From Octopus vulgaris (Eukaryota): a stretch of 64,000 bases of DNA. The notes beneath the pieces are model-generated. The model worked only from the letters and a program-made list of their open reading frames with translations. It did no database searches and had not been told where the DNA came from. The DNA lies in contig OX597817.1 in assembly GCA_951406725.2 (NCBI GenBank), positions 7,688,001 to 7,752,000 on the forward strand, given 5' to 3'. This document shows, one piece after another, positions 14,416 to 27,670 of this stretch. Position 1 is the first letter of the stretch; each line of letters begins with the position of its first letter. A program made the position numbers and the translations under genes.

Positions 14416-16040
14416 ATATATATATATACAGCTTGCTGTTTTTGTTAGAAATCATTATTGCTCAATGACAGTATGCGACGAATTGATAGAGCGTCGATGG
14501 ATCAAAAGCATTCCAGCAATAACGTTTGTTTTGTCCAGGCATAGCATACCACTACTCTTGCATTTTGCGTTCAAATCCTGTTGAGGGTCAGCCTAGCATT
14601 TCATCTTTCCGGCGTCGATAAAATAAATATGTTTCAATTCCCGAGAACAAGTTAATTGATTATACCTTCCCATCAAATTTATAGCTTTCTGTCATATATT
14701 AAAAATCATTATTATTCGATAGAAAAGATATCATTGTGAATTTCAAAGTATCTTTTCTTGGAAGAAATTTCAGTTTATTTTTTACCTTCATAATTGAGAT
14801 ATCGGTTCATATTCCGTTCTTTGTTTCTTGTAGTTTTCCCAGTGTCTTTCTTATTCATTGATTTTTGTTCATTAAAGAATCCTTTAAAATCTCTATTAAT
14901 AATATTGATTTTCGTTTTTTAATTAATATTTCCTTATTAATGCTGTTCGTTCCGTTCTTGCAATTGCCTTAGTAGTTTTTTGATGTTGTTGTTATTCTTG
15001 TTGTTGTTCAGCAGTGGTTGTCATTATTATTGTTTGCAAGGGGTCGTTGGATCACTGAATCATTAAAGACTCGGTATTTAGTTACGTCTTTACGTTCTGT
15101 GTTCAAATTCCACCAAGGTCATATTTGCCTTCTTTCTTCCTGTCAAGTTCAATAGAAAAAAAATACCAGTCATGATATTGGGATTGATGTAATCGACTGT
15201 GTTCCACCTTCATCACAATCTTCGCTTCAAAACATCTGGCTTTGTGCTTATATTTTAAATAATTATTATCATTTAGAAAAAGGCGGCGACCTGGCAGAAT
15301 CGGTAGCACGCTGGACGAAGCTTTTAGCGGTGTTTCATCCGTCGCTATACTCAGAGTTCAAATTCCACCGATGTAGACTTTGCCTTTCGGAGTCGATAAA
15401 ATAAGTACCAGTTGAACACTGGGGTCGATGTAATCGACTCATCCCCCACCTCCCCTAAGCTGCCTGTGTGGCCAAAATTTGAGATAATTATTATCATTTA
15501 GAAAATAAACGGTGAGCTATCAGACTCGTTCGCTCGTCGGATAAAAATGCTTAGCGACATTTCTTCTATCTGTTAAAGTTCTGGGTTCAAATCCCGCCAC
15601 GGCTTTTCATCTTTTGTTGGGCAGATTAAAAAAGTACCAGTTAAGTGCTGGGATCCATGTAACCTACTTACCCCCATAATCGCAGGCCTTGGGCCAAAAT
15701 TTGGAACCATTATTATTCTTTCTTCAAAGACGATACATTGGCAGAATTGTTAGAACATCGAGAAAACTGCACTGCAGCATTTATCCAGATTCTTTACATC
15801 CAAAATTCAAATTCCGCGAAGGTTAACTTTACCTTTCATCTTAATGGAGTCAATAAAATAAGTACCAGTCAAGTAGTGTGTTCTACAATACAGACGACTC
15901 CTACTCTCTTCATATGAAGCTATAAAAAGGCGGTGAGCTGGCAGAATCGTTACTGTCGAAAAAAATAATAAACACTACACACAATTTAATGTTACTCTGT
16001 CGCTCCTGACAACCGATATCATTCAATAATTAATAAATAT

Positions 16041-16438
16041 AAGGCGGTGAGCTGGCAGACACGTTAGCACGCCGGGCGAAATGCGTAGCCGTATTTCGTC
16101 TGCCGTTAGGTTCTGGTTTCAAATTCCACCGAGGTCGATTTGTCTTTCATCCTTTCGGGGTCGATTAAATAAGTACCAGTTACGCACTGGGGTCCATATA
16201 ATCGATTTAATCCGTGTGTCTGTCCTTGTTCGTCCCCTCTGTGTTTAGCCCCTTGTGGGTAGTAAAGAAATAGGTATTTCGTCTGTCTTTACGTTCTGAG
16301 TTCAAATTCCGCAAGAGGTCGACTTTGTCTTTCATCCTTTCGGGGTCGATAAATTAAGTACCAGTTACGTACTGGGGTCGATCTAATTTACTGGCCCTCT
16401 CCCCCAACATTTCGGGCCTTGCGCCTAGAGTAGAAAAG
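16041..16438 (+). mobile_element. Composite (dimeric) SINE B with 16-bp TSD
   Basis: AATAATTAATAAATAT at 16025-16040 and 16439-16454. Structure is head + body + tail 1 (CCCCTTGTGGGTAGTAAAGAAA) + second body + tail 2. Confidence 0.88.
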
Positions 16439-17344
16439 AATAATTAATAAATATTGATGTTTAAAGATGGCACACGAGAGCACAAATGTGTGGCATTTTT
16501 TCCAGTTCTTTATGTCGAATTTTCTTATCATCATTTTAAGGTCGATAGAATAAAACATCGGTTAAGTACTGGGTTCGATAGAGTTGTCTAACCCTCCCCA
16601 CAAAATTGCTGGCTTTGCACGCAAATCAGAAACCATTATTTATTGTTGGCTAGGATCGATGGATGACAAAATCGTTAAAGGATCAGTGGTACCTAAATCA
16701 AAAGCAATTAGTAATATTCAGAGGTCAGTAGATGCACAATCGATACAGAGTAGATATTTAGCTACGTTCTTTTAGGTTCTGTGTTGAAATGTGTTGAAAC
16801 CCTGCCTTGACCAACTATGCTTTTCATATTTCTAGAATCGATAAAAAAAAACAACAGTATCAGCGAAATAATCCTTTCTACAACCGATATTGGTGTGTTT
16901 ACGTCCTCGTAACTTAGCAGTTCGGCAAAACACACCGATACAGTAAGTACTAGGCTTACAAATAATTAGTCCTGGGGTCGATTTGTTTGACTAAAGGTGG
17001 TGGTCTATTATATGTAGAAAAATACAAACTGGGACAAGTACGTATATATATATATATATATATATATGTGTATATACACACACAAAGTTTTGGAATATCT
17101 CGAAGCACACGCGTAAAGCTATAAATAATAGTATGTAAATATTAGGTTGGAAAAGCTCTCCGTGAGGCATGTGAGTTCGAGTCCTAGGAGCAGCCCTCGA
17201 TTTTTTCTATCCAAATGGGTTTTCAACGCAAAATTTACATGCGATTATTTATAACTTTATGTATGTGCTTCGAGATATTACAAAAAATTAATAATAATCA
17301 TTAGCTAACATTCTCTCCAAAGTTCATAAAATTCTTAAGGCATC

Positions 17345-17392
<48 letters not shown>

Positions 17393-17897
17393 TCTGTCTG
17401 TTTCATTTAAAAGATTCCCCAGATTTTCGGTCTACTGATCTGTAATCATTTTATCGACACCAGCAAGATGAAAAGCAGAATCAAACAAGGTAGAATCTTC
17501 ATTTCTATTTTTTTTTTTTTTTTTTTTTCGGATTTGCAACATGAAGTAAAAATGAAATAACGCAAGTAATTTGATCCGAAGCTTTGCCGTTGCTGACATC
17601 CGGAATTATTCTTTTTCTTTTCCTTTCATTTTTCCTAATATTGATTTCTAACGTTTGCTCACAAGAGCAAAATTTAGGGGATAGGATACAGTCAATTAAA
17701 ATCGACGCCGGTACTTATTATATCGACTCTTGAAGGATGAAATGCAAAGCCATCTTTGAACTCAGAACGTAAGAAGGCGCATCTCTGCGCTTATGATTTT
17801 CCTCCGTTGCCCTCTACCCTCCATGCCAATCAGAGCCTTTATGTTGTTAAATCTTAGAATCTAATATTCCTCATATTGCCTTAAAATGTAAATGATC

Positions 17898-17944
<47 letters not shown>

Positions 17945-18005
17945 TTATGTTTGACTTTTGCTTTACATTTGTATTATTACATATTATTATCATTATTATT
18001 ATCAT

Positions 18006-18069
<64 letters not shown>

Positions 18070-18275
18070 TAACGCGGAGGACTGGCAGAATCGCTAGCAC
18101 GCTGGGCAAAATGCTTAGCAGCATTTCGTCCGTCTTCATGTCCTGAGTTCAAATTCTGCCGAGGTCGCCTTTGCCTTTCATCTTTTCCGGCTCGATAAAT
18201 AAAAGTACCAGTTGAGTGCTGGGGTTGATGTAATCGATTTTAAATCCTTCCCCCAAAATTCCAGGCCTTGTGCAT
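18070..18275 (+). mobile_element. SINE B copy within (TAG)n
   Basis: Family B sequence flanked on both sides by (TAG)n. Confidence 0.85.
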
Positions 18276-18290
18276 ATGGTAGTAGTAGTG

Positions 18291-18341
<51 letters not shown>

Positions 18342-19339
18342 ACGTCTCTTCCTCCTTTGTACTTTAGGCCTTCTAACAATATACAGATAAAACTCATACA
18401 ATAAAAATATGTATGTGTGTGTTTGTGTGTGTTTGTGTGTGTTTGTGTGTGTTTGTGTGTGTTTGTGTGTGTTTGTGTGTGTGTTTTTATGTGCGTGTGC
18501 TTTATTATTAATTCGGAATAAGAAAATAGTGCAAATGCGAGATGTTAACGATCTCAAGTGATTAAAAGAGAATTTGAAAGTAATAGGAAATTGGGGTTAT
18601 AGCAGATGTCATTCAGAAAAAAAAAAGAATTCTCATTACATTTTCGAGCACAGGAAAACAATAGAAAGATGTAAAGAATTTAAAGATTCGTGAGAAAATC
18701 TGAAAGGAGAGAGTGATCAAATTATCGTATTGACATGAATAATTGCAGTGGTAGATTAATGGGAAGAATTTATTCATTGCTAAATAAATAGATATTTCCA
18801 TAGATAGACAGATGGATGTGTGTGTCTGTGGAATCATTTGCCAATAATAGCTATGTCTGTATGTACTCAGCGTGTGAGTGTGTATTCATACTCATTATAT
18901 GCATACAAGTATATATGTGTGTGTGTGTAGATGTGAGTACATACATTCATTCGTATATACATACTGATATACATACACTGTATTGTATAAGGTTACTATG
19001 TTTTAGCGATCTGACACAGATGCCATCTCGGGCCTCCTATATTTGACCCAGAGCAACACTGAAACAAAAAGACAGGGAAAAATGGATACAGCAGTATCAG
19101 TTGAGTTAAATGGTAAGTGAATGGATTACAGGAAGATAGAACCACCAACTTAATAAATAGTTTCTTTGTGAACGACCTGAAAGAGCAGACCAAAAATTTG
19201 AATGGTATGAAGAACAGCTTTCACTTGAATACGTCATTCTCAAAGGATGGAGTTTAGCCAGAATAAATGTTCCAACTCGATTGCCGAAACAGTTTAACAA
19301 TATCGCTATGTTGGTTCTATTTTCTCGGTAACAGACGAG

Positions 19340-20335
19340 GAATGCTATGGGTATCAATGGATGAATGAAAATATACCCTATGGAGGCACACTTAACAAGA
19401 GGTATCTTACCAAAGATTATTACACTCGGATAATAAATATACGGTCTCCGAAACTTCCTTCAGGCAATAAATCAGTAACCTAAAGTGTGCTTGCTGTAGT
19501 GTTACTCAATTTGGGATGATTTATTGGATGCTAAATAAGATCCTGGCTTTTGATGTTAAAACCACAATACTATCAACTGGTATCATAAATTCCTACATCC
19601 ATTGCGATGTTGACAATCTTTACATTAAACGAAAACACAGATGCACGGGTTTAACATCAATTAAAATAGCTTTTAAATGACTCACCATATCTTGTCGAAA
19701 GTATTTATCTACCATCAAACAACGAAGAGTAGCAATGGGTCAAGTACTCGAGCAACAGCAAACAGAATCTTTGTAGTTGGAAAGGAACTCGTTCAAAAGC
19801 ATTCTTTGTCAAGTGAACAGAGATGCACACTCAGAGAAGTTGCGCAGAACATCAGATAAATTACCTTTTGCTTATGAACGGAAGGTCATGCGCTGTTATA
19901 TAGTCAGAATGCTGTATAGTGACTATAACATTGGTAACCAGAATTATCTGCCTTAGACCAAGAACGGATGTTGTAGCTGTCACTTTGAAAGATATGCTAT
20001 TGCAATTTAGAAGCAGGAAATATTTAATGTATAAAAAAGAATAAGAATGCGGTTAAAACATTTAGGCGTGATAAAAGTTGTAGAATTTATGAAACAAACG
20101 CAAGAGTGACTCATATAAACAATTACCCTCAAATGTCATTAAGAAACTATTCATTTCTGAAATGTGGTGTAACGTCAAAAGCACAATACATTGTAGTTTG
20201 TGCGAAGGATAGTCCTGGTGATCAAAATATAAGACGTGATTCTGTAAGCATATTTACCTATGATAATATGAAAGAATACTAGTGGAATGTTCCTGTCAAA
20301 ATATCTGTAAATTGTAAGCATAACAGACTAGGCTC
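19340..20335 (+). mobile_element. Decayed R4/Dong-like (restriction-like endonuclease) non-LTR retrotransposon
   Basis: Manual translation gives FDVKT...IHCDVDNLYIKRKHRCTGLTSI (cf. DVDRLY..R..GGRGL), HFERYAIAI*KQEI, a degenerate knuckle DKSCRI...VTHI..YPQMS, and EY*WNVPVKISVNCKHNRL (cf. HNRPD). Many stops. Confidence 0.7.
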
Positions 20336-20794
20336 TTTAATCGGGGTCAGAAACAAATAAGTGCACAAGAGATTAATTATTCGGCACATTAAAAAGCAAG
20401 CATCTAAGCAAGACTAATGAAAAAAATCTACAGATATTATACTTGGATTATTACTTTTTAACCTTTGATTTTAAGAGTAATTATTTATGTTCCTAAATGC
20501 CATTGTATCAATTCCGAGATGCAGATTTTCATAAAACCGGAATGAAACATATAACTAGAAAACTATAGCTACATACCATTAATGGAACTGTGAAAATATA
20601 TATTTAAAACTTTTTTTAATTTTTGGCCAGTAATATGTACATATATGCACATATAAGACATACAAACACCTGTATATAGATATACGTGAAGCAAGACATA
20701 CTGATCCACATATGCTATAACTTGTATCCATGCACAATTAGATACATACAAGACAACCTAGTCTTATATATATATATATGTGTGTGTGAGGGTG

Positions 20795-21555
20795 TATAAT
20801 ACAGAATGGGACAAGAACGCAAAACATCAGGACAGTTAGGTGATACAAAAAGGGACAACAAGACATCCAGATAGACGATACAAAGAAAACAAGGACGGGT
20901 CATTCGAAGCTTTCTTTCCTTGGGCAAGTACCAGATTATCTTCGCAATTTCGGCTGATTACACTTCAGATTGCTCCAATCTGGCCAGCCCCAAGGAAAAA
21001 CTAAGCTAAGAGCATTAGATTACTTGGAAGAAAGCAACGAATGTATACAAAAACAAGGACGAACAAAAACGGACGTTACGCAAATACAATAAAAATAATA
21101 AAACTAATAACAGGACATAACAACAAGTGTCTTTCGACTAAGGACGAATTAAATTAAGCTGGCGTGAGTGGAAATGAAGCCTTACAGCAGGGGTATAAGA
21201 TTACAAAAACACAGGAAGGAATATCGATGTTGCACAGACAACGGCCAGACCAAGAAAGAAAGAACAGGTTTGGCCGAACGCCGGTCACGTGGGAAGAGAA
21301 GAGAGAGAAGCAGAAGCAGAGGGAAAGAAGAATTAAGGAGAGGCGAGAAATAATGACAGGGACACAGGGAAGGGAAAAGTGGAGGGAAAGTGAGCAAGAA
21401 GAGACGGCAAAGAAATGTGAGAGAGAGGGGGAACGAAAGAACGAAGAGTGGAATGAACGAATAAGCGTGAAAGGGCTGATAGACAGAAATAGAGTCGAAC
21501 AAAATTTAGAAAAATATATACTTACATATAAGAGACCAACGTACACTTTAGTCAT
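20795..21555. repeat. Unclassified interspersed repeat between microsatellites
   Basis: Starts ATACAGAATGGGACAAGAACGC, similar to 17020-17042; purine-rich interior; bounded by (TA)/(TG) tracts. Class not determined. Confidence 0.4.
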
Positions 21556-21622
21556 ATATATATATATATATATATATTAAGCTCCTACACGCATTTTTTC
21601 TCTCCTTGTTTTTTTCTTCGGT

Positions 21623-21664
21623 GTATCTTTCTGATGAAGAGCGTAGGCTCGAAACGTAAAATAC
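21623..21664 (+). ncRNA. Minimal hammerhead ribozyme motif (Penelope pLTR type)
   Basis: GTATCTTT-CTGATGA-A-GAGC gtag GCTC-GAAA-CG-TA-AAATAC: intact core, 4-bp stem II, minimal palindromic stem III. Confidence 0.65.
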
Positions 21665-21759
21665 TTTTTCTATTTCTATTCCTGAGCGCTATAGTATTAC
21701 ATTTGTTTGTTTGTATTCCACCTGCCTTCATCTTTTGTTTATTTTCGTAAACCTTCCCG

Positions 21760-21869
<110 letters not shown>

Positions 21870-22179
21870 ATATGAAAATTGTACTGTTTTGCTTCCATAT
21901 TTTCATTCATCCATTGATCAAAGACTCAGTGTTGAGAATGAAATAATTACATCTTGAAAGGATCATTTCTTACATTCATTTTTGTTTGAAGTGTTAACTC
22001 GTTTCGTCAAAGTAGAAATCTGTCAATGAGGAGGTAAGAGCACTACAGTGAGGCATTTTGACACTCCCTATTAGAACGTACTTATAAAGAAATAACGAAA
22101 ACTCAATAAAGTAGATTAGGCCTTCTTATAGAGCTAAAATTACTTCTACTTTGTAATATTTGTGTGAGTGTGCGTGTAG

Positions 22180-22521
<342 letters not shown>

Positions 22522-22524
22522 TCG

Positions 22525-23205
22525 CAGATGTGTCTGTGTGGTAAGAAATTCTCTTCCCAACAACCGAGTTCCAGGTTCAGTCCCACTGCATGCCACGTTG
22601 AGCAAGTGTCTTCTACCATAAGCCCAGACCATCCAAAGACTTCAGTGGAATTGGTAGAAGGAATCTGAAAGCCTGTCGTGCGTGTATTTTTTCCTCCAGC
22701 ACAGCTTGACAACCGGTGTTGGTTTGTTTGCGGACCTGTAAGTTAGCAGTTTGGCTCGATAGAATAAAGCACCAGGGTTAAAACAAATAAGTCCTGGGGT
22801 CGATGATTTGTTCGACTAAAAAGCCTTCAATGTGGTTCCCCAGCATGGTTGCAGTCCAATGAAGAAGATTGAACTTTTAGCCGAATGAATCGACGCCAGA
22901 ATTTATTTCTAAAACCTGGTACTTATTCTATCGGCTCTTTTGCGAACCGCTAAGTTACGGGGACGTAAACACACTAACACTAGTTGTCAAGTGTTGATGG
23001 GTGGAGACAAACACAGACAGATATATATATCTATATATATATATATATATATACGACGGGCCTCTTTCAGTTTCCGTCTACCAAATCCACTGAAAAGACT
23101 TCGGTCGGCCCGCGGCTATAGTAAAAGACATTTGCCCAAGGTTCCACGCAGCGGGACTGAACCCAGAACCATGTGGTTGGGAAGCAAACTTCTTACCGCA
23201 CAGCC
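22525..23205. mobile_element. Two SINE A copies tail-to-tail (+ about 22525-22860, - about 22870-23205)
   Basis: Similarity to 3933-4357 in opposite orientations. Confidence 0.8.
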
Positions 23206-24031
23206 TCTTCTGAAATTTAAAAATCTAGATCACACATAATATGTATGTAAACCATCAATGTTTTCGACTTCTAGCGAGCATCATGATTCTTTTAATATTC
23301 CATAATTGTATACTATTGGAAATAACAGCAATGCAAGATTCCAATATTAGTCACAAGTCATAAGTCATAAGCCACAGGAAAAGTCTGCACAATCACAGCA
23401 AGATTATTAATAGTTGAACGAATGATTCCGTAATTTTTCTAATAAAAATTATTTTGTAAAGGCAAATGTCTCTAACGTTATAGCCGAATAGATAAGATTA
23501 AGAAGTAACATACCATAGAATATATCTCATAAAGAATTTTCTATAAGAACATCTTGATCTGACAACAAAAGAATCCTAATTTCTATACGAATTTCCAGAT
23601 ATATTATTAGAGGATTATTAATTCAAAATATCCATAGATATTTAAACAGTGTAATTGAAAGAGAGCATGAGTACTTCAGACTACACTGGAAGCAGAACGG
23701 CACCCAACTTGTTCAAAATCACGATTCTTAGATTCTGGCATTATTCAAATTCTTTAACCTCGTGTCAACTCTGACTAATCAGCCATATTATCAACGGGGT
23801 TCCAGGCTTCTCTGGAACATTATGAACTGCATCATCCAATGTTTTACAGGTGTTGTTCCTATTTCAAATAAAAACAAGTTGAATTTTGAAGAACACATTG
23901 TTATTTCTTCCAGAGCGAGCGAACACAGAGAGGTTACTAGGTACTGCTTGGTTGCCTAACTGCTTATTCTCTTGTTTTAAACACAGAATCTTTTTCAGCA
24001 AAGGTGCACACACAGACACGGGGACACACAC

Positions 24032-24109
<78 letters not shown>

Positions 24110-24414
24110 GAGAAAGAAGCAACAAGAATGGATAAGTTTTTAGTACAATCGTTTCATACAAAGACAGGCTTTATTAAAAGTTGCAAAAATTGCAGCATAT
24201 AAACGTGTCCCGTACTCATCAGCTAAAATACATGTGAGTTCTCTAGACATCTTAGTGGTTGAGGCTATACTCATGAAGTAATGTAGATAATTAAGTAACA
24301 TAAACAGATTTCCAAAGTTCATTAAAGTTCTTTAAAGATGATGCACAGTCTTATCACAGATTTTTAAAAAAGTTTTAATAGCATCACATAGAAGAAGGTG
24401 ACTTAATCCATAGT

Positions 24415-24690
24415 GTACATATGAATTTCCAGAGATATGAGGAGGGATTACATACTCACAGACGACAAATTTATCCATGGCTAATCACAGCGAGGTGGGT
24501 ATCAATTCCTGCCTATTAGCATTACAGAGAGGGTGAATTAATCCTTTGTATAGGTGCACAATTTCCAATGATGTAGATATAAATTTCCAGAGAAATGAAG
24601 AGGAATTTCATATTCACAGACGATAAATTTATCAATGGTTGAACACAATGATTAGGTATTTGCCACATTAATCACATTACTGCTATTTTC
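24415..24690 (+). repeat. Diverged tandem duplication, unit about 160 bp
   Basis: AATTTCCAGAGA.ATGA.GAGG.ATT.CATA.TCACAGACGA.AAATTTATC.ATGG occurs at about 24424 and about 24582. Confidence 0.75.
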
Positions 24691-24902
24691 AAGAGACTGT
24701 AGCTATTTGACTTTTAAAGGCTGTATGTATGTATGTATATATATGACTATAGATAGATAGATATGACGACCTGTCTGCGTAGCTAGAGGGGTAGAGGGGT
24801 GGCATCATTTCAAAGTTACAACAATGCAAGGAAGCGCATTGTGACCAGCGGTGACCATCTGATAGTCTGGTCGGTACAGTGATGCAGTGATATATGTGCG
24901 CT

Positions 24903-24934
<32 letters not shown>

Positions 24935-24937
<3 letters not shown>

Positions 24938-25503
24938 TGTTTCAGTCATTTGACTGCGGCCATGCCAAAGCTCCGCCTTTGCTCGGGCAAATTCACCCCA
25001 AGACTTATTCTTTGTAAGCCTAGTACTTATTCTATCTGTCTCTTTTGCCGAAGCGCTAAGTTACGAGGACGAAATCACACCAGCATCGGTTGTCAAGCGA
25101 TGGTGGGGGTACAGACACACAACTACACACACATATATATACGAGGGGCTTCGTTCAGTTTCCGTCTACCAGATCCACTCACAAGGCTTTGGTTGACCCG
25201 AGGCTATAGTAGAAGACGCCCAAGGTGCCACGTAGTGGGACTGAACCTGGAACCATGTGGTTGGTAAGCAAGCTACTTACCACACAACCACTCCTGCGCC
25301 TATATATGTCTTTTATCTATCTTTTATTTGTTTCAGTCATTAGATTGCGGCCATTCTGGGGCACCGCCTTGAAGGACTTTTAGTCGAATGTATCTACCAC
25401 AGTACTTTTCAAACCTGATACTTATTCTGCCGACTCTGTAGCCGAAACGCTAGGTTACGGGGGCGTAAATACCCCCAACACCGTTTGTTAAACAGTGATG
25501 GGG

Positions 25504-25538
<35 letters not shown>

Positions 25539-25950
25539 GGTCCCGGGTTGATTCGGGGTTAACCACAGTAAATAAGGTACTCAATACATAGCAGAGTAAA
25601 ATTAATTTATTATATAGAAGGAGCTTCTACAGGACTAGAACTGTTTCATTCAAGAGAAATCTTCAGGAAGCTCCTGAAGATTTCTCTTGAATGAAACAGT
25701 TCTAGTCCTGTAGAAGCTCCTTCTATATAATAAATATATATATATATACGGCAGGCTTCTTTCAGTTTCGGTATACCATGTCCACTCACAAGGCTCTGGT
25801 CAGCCTGAAGCTATAGTAGAAGACACTCACTCAAGGCTGAAATGTCTTTGATGATACGTTTGCAGTGTCAGGGTTGATTTGAGGCTAAATAATAACCCGT
25901 AACCAAGTGTTTGGGAAGCAAGCTTCTTGCCACACAACCATGCCTGCATG
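24935..25950 (-). mobile_element. Two tandem SINE A copies; the second is interrupted within its (TA)n tract by the palindromic insert
   Basis: One copy at 24935-25280; the other split as about 25320-25500 and 25745-25950. Both match the reverse complement of 3933-4357. Confidence 0.8.
25605..25735. repeat. Perfect 64-bp inverted repeat with 3-nt loop, containing a hammerhead motif
   Basis: 25605-25668 is the exact reverse complement of 25672-25735. The motif CTGAAGA-tttc tctt gaat-GAAACAG ttctagtc CTGTA-GAAGC starts next to the axis. Confidence 0.95.
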
Positions 25951-26449
25951 TATTATTCAACTACAGTAGTAGATTAATATATTCTTAAGTCCACCATTTC
26001 CTCAATCGCAGCAGCTTCCAAGCTTCGCCACTAATTCAGTTCCCAACGAATTTGCAAACTGTTCACAATATTAAAGAGGACATTTCCTCATCTATACTTT
26101 GGCATAAATAGTTTGAGATTTGGTTCAGTAGAAAAAAAGTTACATCAAAATATCTGCGACCTCAAGGAGGGCAGTAAGGCACCTATTCACCTTCAATTCA
26201 CATAAACTTTTTAATTTTAAATTAAAAGTATACCTTTCTTAGGCTTAAATGATAGAAAAATGCATGAGGAATTCAGGATCACTAGTCGCATTGAACAAAA
26301 TTTAGTAGAAATGAGGTAAAATGTTACGAAATTTCCTGTCAGTAAGGTAATAACACTTCAGCTATAAGAATAAAGAATATATTCCTAAAAATCAAGGCTT
26401 AATCTCTAAGGCAGCGAGCTGGCAGAAACGTTAGTACGCCGAGTGAAAC

Positions 26450-26840
26450 GCATAACTATATTTCGTCTGTCTTTACGTTTTTGAGTTCAAATTTCGCCGA
26501 GGTCGACTTTGACGTGCAGAATATTTTATTTTTAACTAAACACTTTCAAACTTCCGATACTGGTAGAATGTGTCACAAAGAACAGGGTTTACTCTTAACG
26601 TTTTTGAAAATGTTTCGTATTTTAGAAGCGGTATTTCGTCTGTCTTTACGTTCTGAGTTCAAATTCCGTCGCGGTCGACTTTGCCATTCATCCATTTCGG
26701 ATCTATCCAATGAGACGTACAGATTATTTAATTAATATTTTAACTAAACTCTTTCAAACCTCCAGTACTGGTAGAATGTGTCACAAAGAACAGGGTTTAC
26801 TCTTAGCGTTTTGGACAAACTTTTGTATTTTAGAAGTTAT
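26450..26840 (+). repeat. Tandem duplication of a SINE B fragment plus a second repeat fragment
   Basis: Units at about 26458-26630 and 26631-26840. The second component (TAACTAAAC.CTTTCAAAC...ACTGGTAGAATGTGTCA) is related to the reverse complement of 5450-5570. Confidence 0.75.
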
Positions 26841-27670
26841 TTCGTCAGAATAAATTCGTGTTTGATAAGTGCCAATACACGAAACTCTCAGATTTTCACT
26901 TACTAACTTCTGCCGATGGTATATATACATACTACATATATGTGTAAAGAACTCTCATCACGCAATCGAACCAATGAAAGATCCTCTGCCTGGTCGCTCG
27001 ACAGGCTAAATATAGCAGCCAAAGTATCCACCTACCTAAATCACACACCCATTATCCCTCAAAAGACAGTTTTTTGAAGGTTGGAATGTCTTTGGTGATA
27101 CGTTTGCAGTGTCAGGGTTGATTTGAGGCTAAATAAGAACAACATTATGATCAATTTCTATTTTAACACCCACACGATTTTCACTAAGAAAAAAAATTGA
27201 TTTTTTGCATGGAATCAAGTACCCTGACCTCCTAATATGCTGCAAATCCCTTATTTTGGTTCGGAAAATATGAGGTGGGGGCTTCCGACCCCCCAATCCC
27301 CAAATCATCGGAACCTTTTTTTTTTCGTTGAATGAATTCCTGTGACCTAATATTGCAAAATTAGGTTACTTAAGGGGAGCCTGGTAACCGATAGTTTTGG
27401 GGTCATGTTGTTTGTAACTTTTGGTGAGCTATGGTGCAACCAACAACATGGTAAAAAAATCCCTGCTATTAGTTTGGTGTGGATGGGTAATATCAAATAA
27501 TTCAATCAAAATATATATTTTAATTAAACATGAAAAAAATTGAAATATTATCATCACTTACTCGGAAAAATTGAAATATTATCTTTCAATATTTTATAAG
27601 GTAAAATCTTAAATTATTAATTGACACATTATTAATTATCTTATAACAGCAATGTCTGGAAAAATCATGG

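Larger units (their letters stand above)
13057..16860 (+). repeat. Cluster of about 10 head-to-tail SINE B-related units of differing age
   Basis: Recurrent GGCAGA.TCGTTAG / GTTCAAAT.CC / GTCGATAAA..AAGTACCAG / ATTATT modules at about 13057, 13280, 14470, 15050, 15280, 15510, 15735, 16041, 16490 and 16650. Confidence 0.75.

Noticed and set aside
13057-16860. Regularly recurring motifs resembling a CRISPR-like or satellite array
   Set aside because: The units are diverged SINE copies about 200 bp long with no constant repeat-spacer structure; the context is eukaryotic with no cas genes.
21154-21580. Charged 138-aa ORF and its antisense ORFs
   Set aside because: Purine-rich repeat interior running into (TA)n; no recognisable domain.
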